Shown here: piece by piece, positions 61,257 to 64,000 of the stretch | How positions within the stretch are numbered: position 1 is the stretch's first letter | How the letters are laid out: each line of letters begins with the position of its first letter | Source of the DNA: Podarcis erhardii | Taxonomy: Eukaryota | Assembly: GCA_964252035.1 (NCBI GenBank) | Contig: OZ176203.1 | DNA length: 64,000 nt | Strand: one strand, 5' to 3' | The notes under the pieces: generated by a model | Database searches by the model: none | What the model was told of the DNA's origin: nothing | Seen by the model: the letters and a program-made list of their open reading frames with translations, nothing else | Made by a program: the position numbers and the translations under genes

Positions 61257-62291
61257 TATCTGTAAGAGAGACATGGTTTTAATATGAGTTGTTATCAAAT
61301 AAATTTTCAGCTACGTTCACTTCATAATTCTCAGGCAAGAAGTAAACGTTCTGACGTACATAGGAAGCTGCCTTATACCAATTCAGAGTACAGTACTGGT
61401 CCATTTATCTCAGACAGGCATCTTTCCCAGCCCTACCTCAAGAAGTCGGGAATTGAAGCTGGGATGTTTGGCACCTGATGCCACAACATTGCTGAAGCAA
61501 AGCAGGTGTGGATATGTTCAGAAATCGGGAGAGGAGACTGCTGGGAGCCCCATGCGGGACTACATGTAAGATGTAGCTTGCTGTGGAGGAACTTGAGTAA
61601 ATAGATGTCTCCTGCTCCCTATTGGGAAGCAATGGATGATTGGAATAGAGAAATAGGACAAAGAGATCATAAGCAGTTCAGCTTAAGTGCCAAGGAGCCT
61701 TGGCATTGGGCAACTTCCTTTGTATGAGCAATGCCCTGCAGAAATTCTGGCCCTAGTCCAGTCATGCCTTGCAAATTTCCAATTGATTTCCTATGTTCGT
61801 TTTTCTGAGCGCAATATTGCAGTTGTAATATTGCTGATTTGAATACTGTAATTATCAAAGGTGTGACTATGTATAATTGAGCAATTGGGAGGATGTGTGA
61901 TATGGAAGAATGTGCACGGAGCTGAGGAATCAGGAAATCCTGTGACACAAGAAAGGCCTTGCCAATTAGTCACCCTGTCTCCATCCATAAATATAAATAA
62001 GAACACCTGAGCTTCATTTTCTATTTGTGTGCCAAGAGGACTGCAGTATTTTATTTCTTTTAATGTGATGGTTGGTTTATTAAATGCATGTACATCAGTC
62101 ATGCAGTAAATGATGCTTATAACTTCTCTACCCAATGTAGCCCAAATTAGAAATATATTTACATATAGTTAACTATAGAAACTTAGCAACTTTTTATGAG
62201 ACAATCAGGAGTCCTTTGTGTCAGACTCTGGTGGTGGCCAGGCAGGATTCAAAGTCTGAGCCTTGTGAATGTGTTATCAGTTTATATAAAA

Positions 62292-62630
62292 AGGTAAAGG
62301 GACCCCTGACCATCGCGGAAGACTCTGGGGTCGCGGCGCTAATCTCACTTTACTGGCTGAGGGAGCCGGCATACAGCTTCTGGGTCATGTGGCCAGCATG
62401 ACTAAGCCGCTTCTGGCGAACCAGAGCAGCGCACAGAAACACCATTTACCTTCCCGCCGGAGCAGTTCCTATTTATCTACTTGCACTTTGAGGTGCTTTC
62501 GAACTGCTAGGTGGACAGGAGCAGGGACCAAGCGACAGGAGCTCACCCCGTCACGGGGATTTGAACCGCCAACCTTCTGATCAGCAAGCCCTAGGCTCTG
62601 TGGTTTAACCCACAGCGCCACCCGCGTCCC
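62292..62630 (-). mobile_element. Sauria SINE
   Basis: TSD TATCAGTTTATATAA. Confidence 0.87.
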
Positions 62631-63380
62631 TCTATCAGTTTATATAACAGGGCCTAAAAGGAGCAGCATAATCCAGTTCCTTAAGCACTGTTTACTATTT
62701 ATATGGAGTGACTATTAAAATATATATGATCTAAACATTTTGAATTACAAGCCAAAAGGCCATATTATTTTCATCCAATCCAATCCCACTAAAATAAGGA
62801 TTTATTATTATTATTATATGCTAAAATTCCCAGATGCATTAAGCTATCTCAGTAATTCAGCTGCTGGTGAATTATGAGAAAGATACATCATTCCTAAGAG
62901 TCAGATGGGACTGAATTGCTGCAAAAGTTACTAACATTCCTGGGAATCTCATCATGGCACATTATTTGTCATATGATCTAGTTCACATAACATTTGCCCC
63001 TGAAAGATGGAAGAAGATTTAGTCTAAAATGACACGCTCCCAAAGAATAAAAAAGTTTTTTTCCCTTGAAGATGATACATTTAGGCTGCACAACACATAT
63101 GATGCAATATATGCTAGGCAGTAAATAGGCTCAAATACATAACATCAGAATAACTGCAAAGATGTGGAATCTGTTTAACCACATGGACTACAAGAAACTG
63201 AGGACAAGCTCTCACATGCCGGAGGAATGCTACGCAACAAAGGTTTTAAGGCAAGGATGGGGAGAAAAACCAATAGATTATTCATGGGCTGTAGAACCAC
63301 AATTGGGGAGTGAGTAGGACCAGTTGTGGGATGCTCCTTCCCAACAAAGAAAATTTTGGCTAGTACCACAATAGCAATCA

Positions 63381-63733
63381 GGGATGTGGGTGGCACTGTG
63401 GGTTAAACCACAGAGCCTAGGACTTGCCGATCAGAAGGTCGGCGGTTCAAATCCCCGCGACGGGGTGAGCTCCCGTTGCTCGGTCCCTGCTCCTGTCAAC
63501 CTAGCAGTTTAAAAGCACGTCAAAGTGCAAGTAGATAAATAGGTAGCACTCCGGCGGGAAGGTAAACGGCGTTTCCGTGCGCTGCTCTGGTTCGCCAGAA
63601 GCGGCTTAGTCATGCTGGCCACATGACCTGGAAGCTGTACGCTGGCTCCCTCGGTCAATAAAGCGAGATGAGCACCGCAACCCCAGAGTTGGTCACGACT
63701 GGACCTAATGGTCAGGGGTCTCTTTACCTTTTT
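63381..63733 (+). mobile_element. Sauria SINE, full length
   Basis: Imperfect TSD ACAATAGCAATCAG / ACAATAACAGTCAG. Confidence 0.87.
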
Positions 63734-64000
63734 ACAATAACAGTCAGTTTTTTGTCATTAAAAGTCTTGAGCAGAAAGCTTGAGCAGCCTCTGGGTCTGA
63801 CGTAGCTCCCCAAGCGAATTTTTCTGCTCCACCCCCACACCATCCCACACCCCCACACCATCCATTTTGGCAGCAGGGGACAAACGCAGGGGAAATATTA
63901 AAGTAGACACAGCACTGGGGTGGACAGAGTGTTTTAAACCTGTCTGGCCAGTCCTGATGAGGATGCAGATTGTTTCCTTCCTACTCATCTGATGGATCAT

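Noticed and set aside
2329-62580. Recurrent 60-90 aa ORFs such as MASMTKPLLANQSS...
   Set aside because: Antisense or sense frames of Sauria SINE copies, not genes.

Overview
Squamate reptile genomic DNA, most likely a lacertid lizard judging by its SINE/MITE families. It corresponds to the vertebrate UBAC2 locus. UBAC2 lies on the minus strand: CpG-island promoter near 49.1-49.9 kb and coding exons 1-4 at 49519-49489, 42748-42621, 39764-39645 and 39326-39220. No later exon was found, so intron 4 runs off the left edge. Nested antisense in intron 4 are two single-coding-exon immune GPCRs, GPR183/EBI2 (11764-12846) and GPR18 (34048-35010), the same arrangement as in human. The rest is intron or intergenic DNA full of repeats: 12 Sauria SINEs, two MIR/CORE-derived SINEs, older tRNA-derived SINEs, L1, L2, CR1 and RTE fragments (one young L1 with a 22-bp TSD), about 11 TA-flanked pogo/Tigger-type MITEs, several hAT MITEs, two solo LTRs and a Penelope-type hairpin. 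The least expected structures are four. (1) A ~0.5-kb, ~97.5%-identical inverted duplication brackets GPR183, with one copy embedded in a hAT-like MITE. (2) One solo-LTR family has inserted twice, independently, into the same 16-bp motif of one MITE family. (3) A 78-bp-arm Penelope-type hairpin carries a partial hammerhead-like core in its loop. (4) Near-cognate codons (CTG, GTG) sit at the positions of the human initiator Met in both GPCRs. No prokaryotic-type system is present. Repeat family names come from recalled consensus features and need RepeatMasker/Dfam confirmation.
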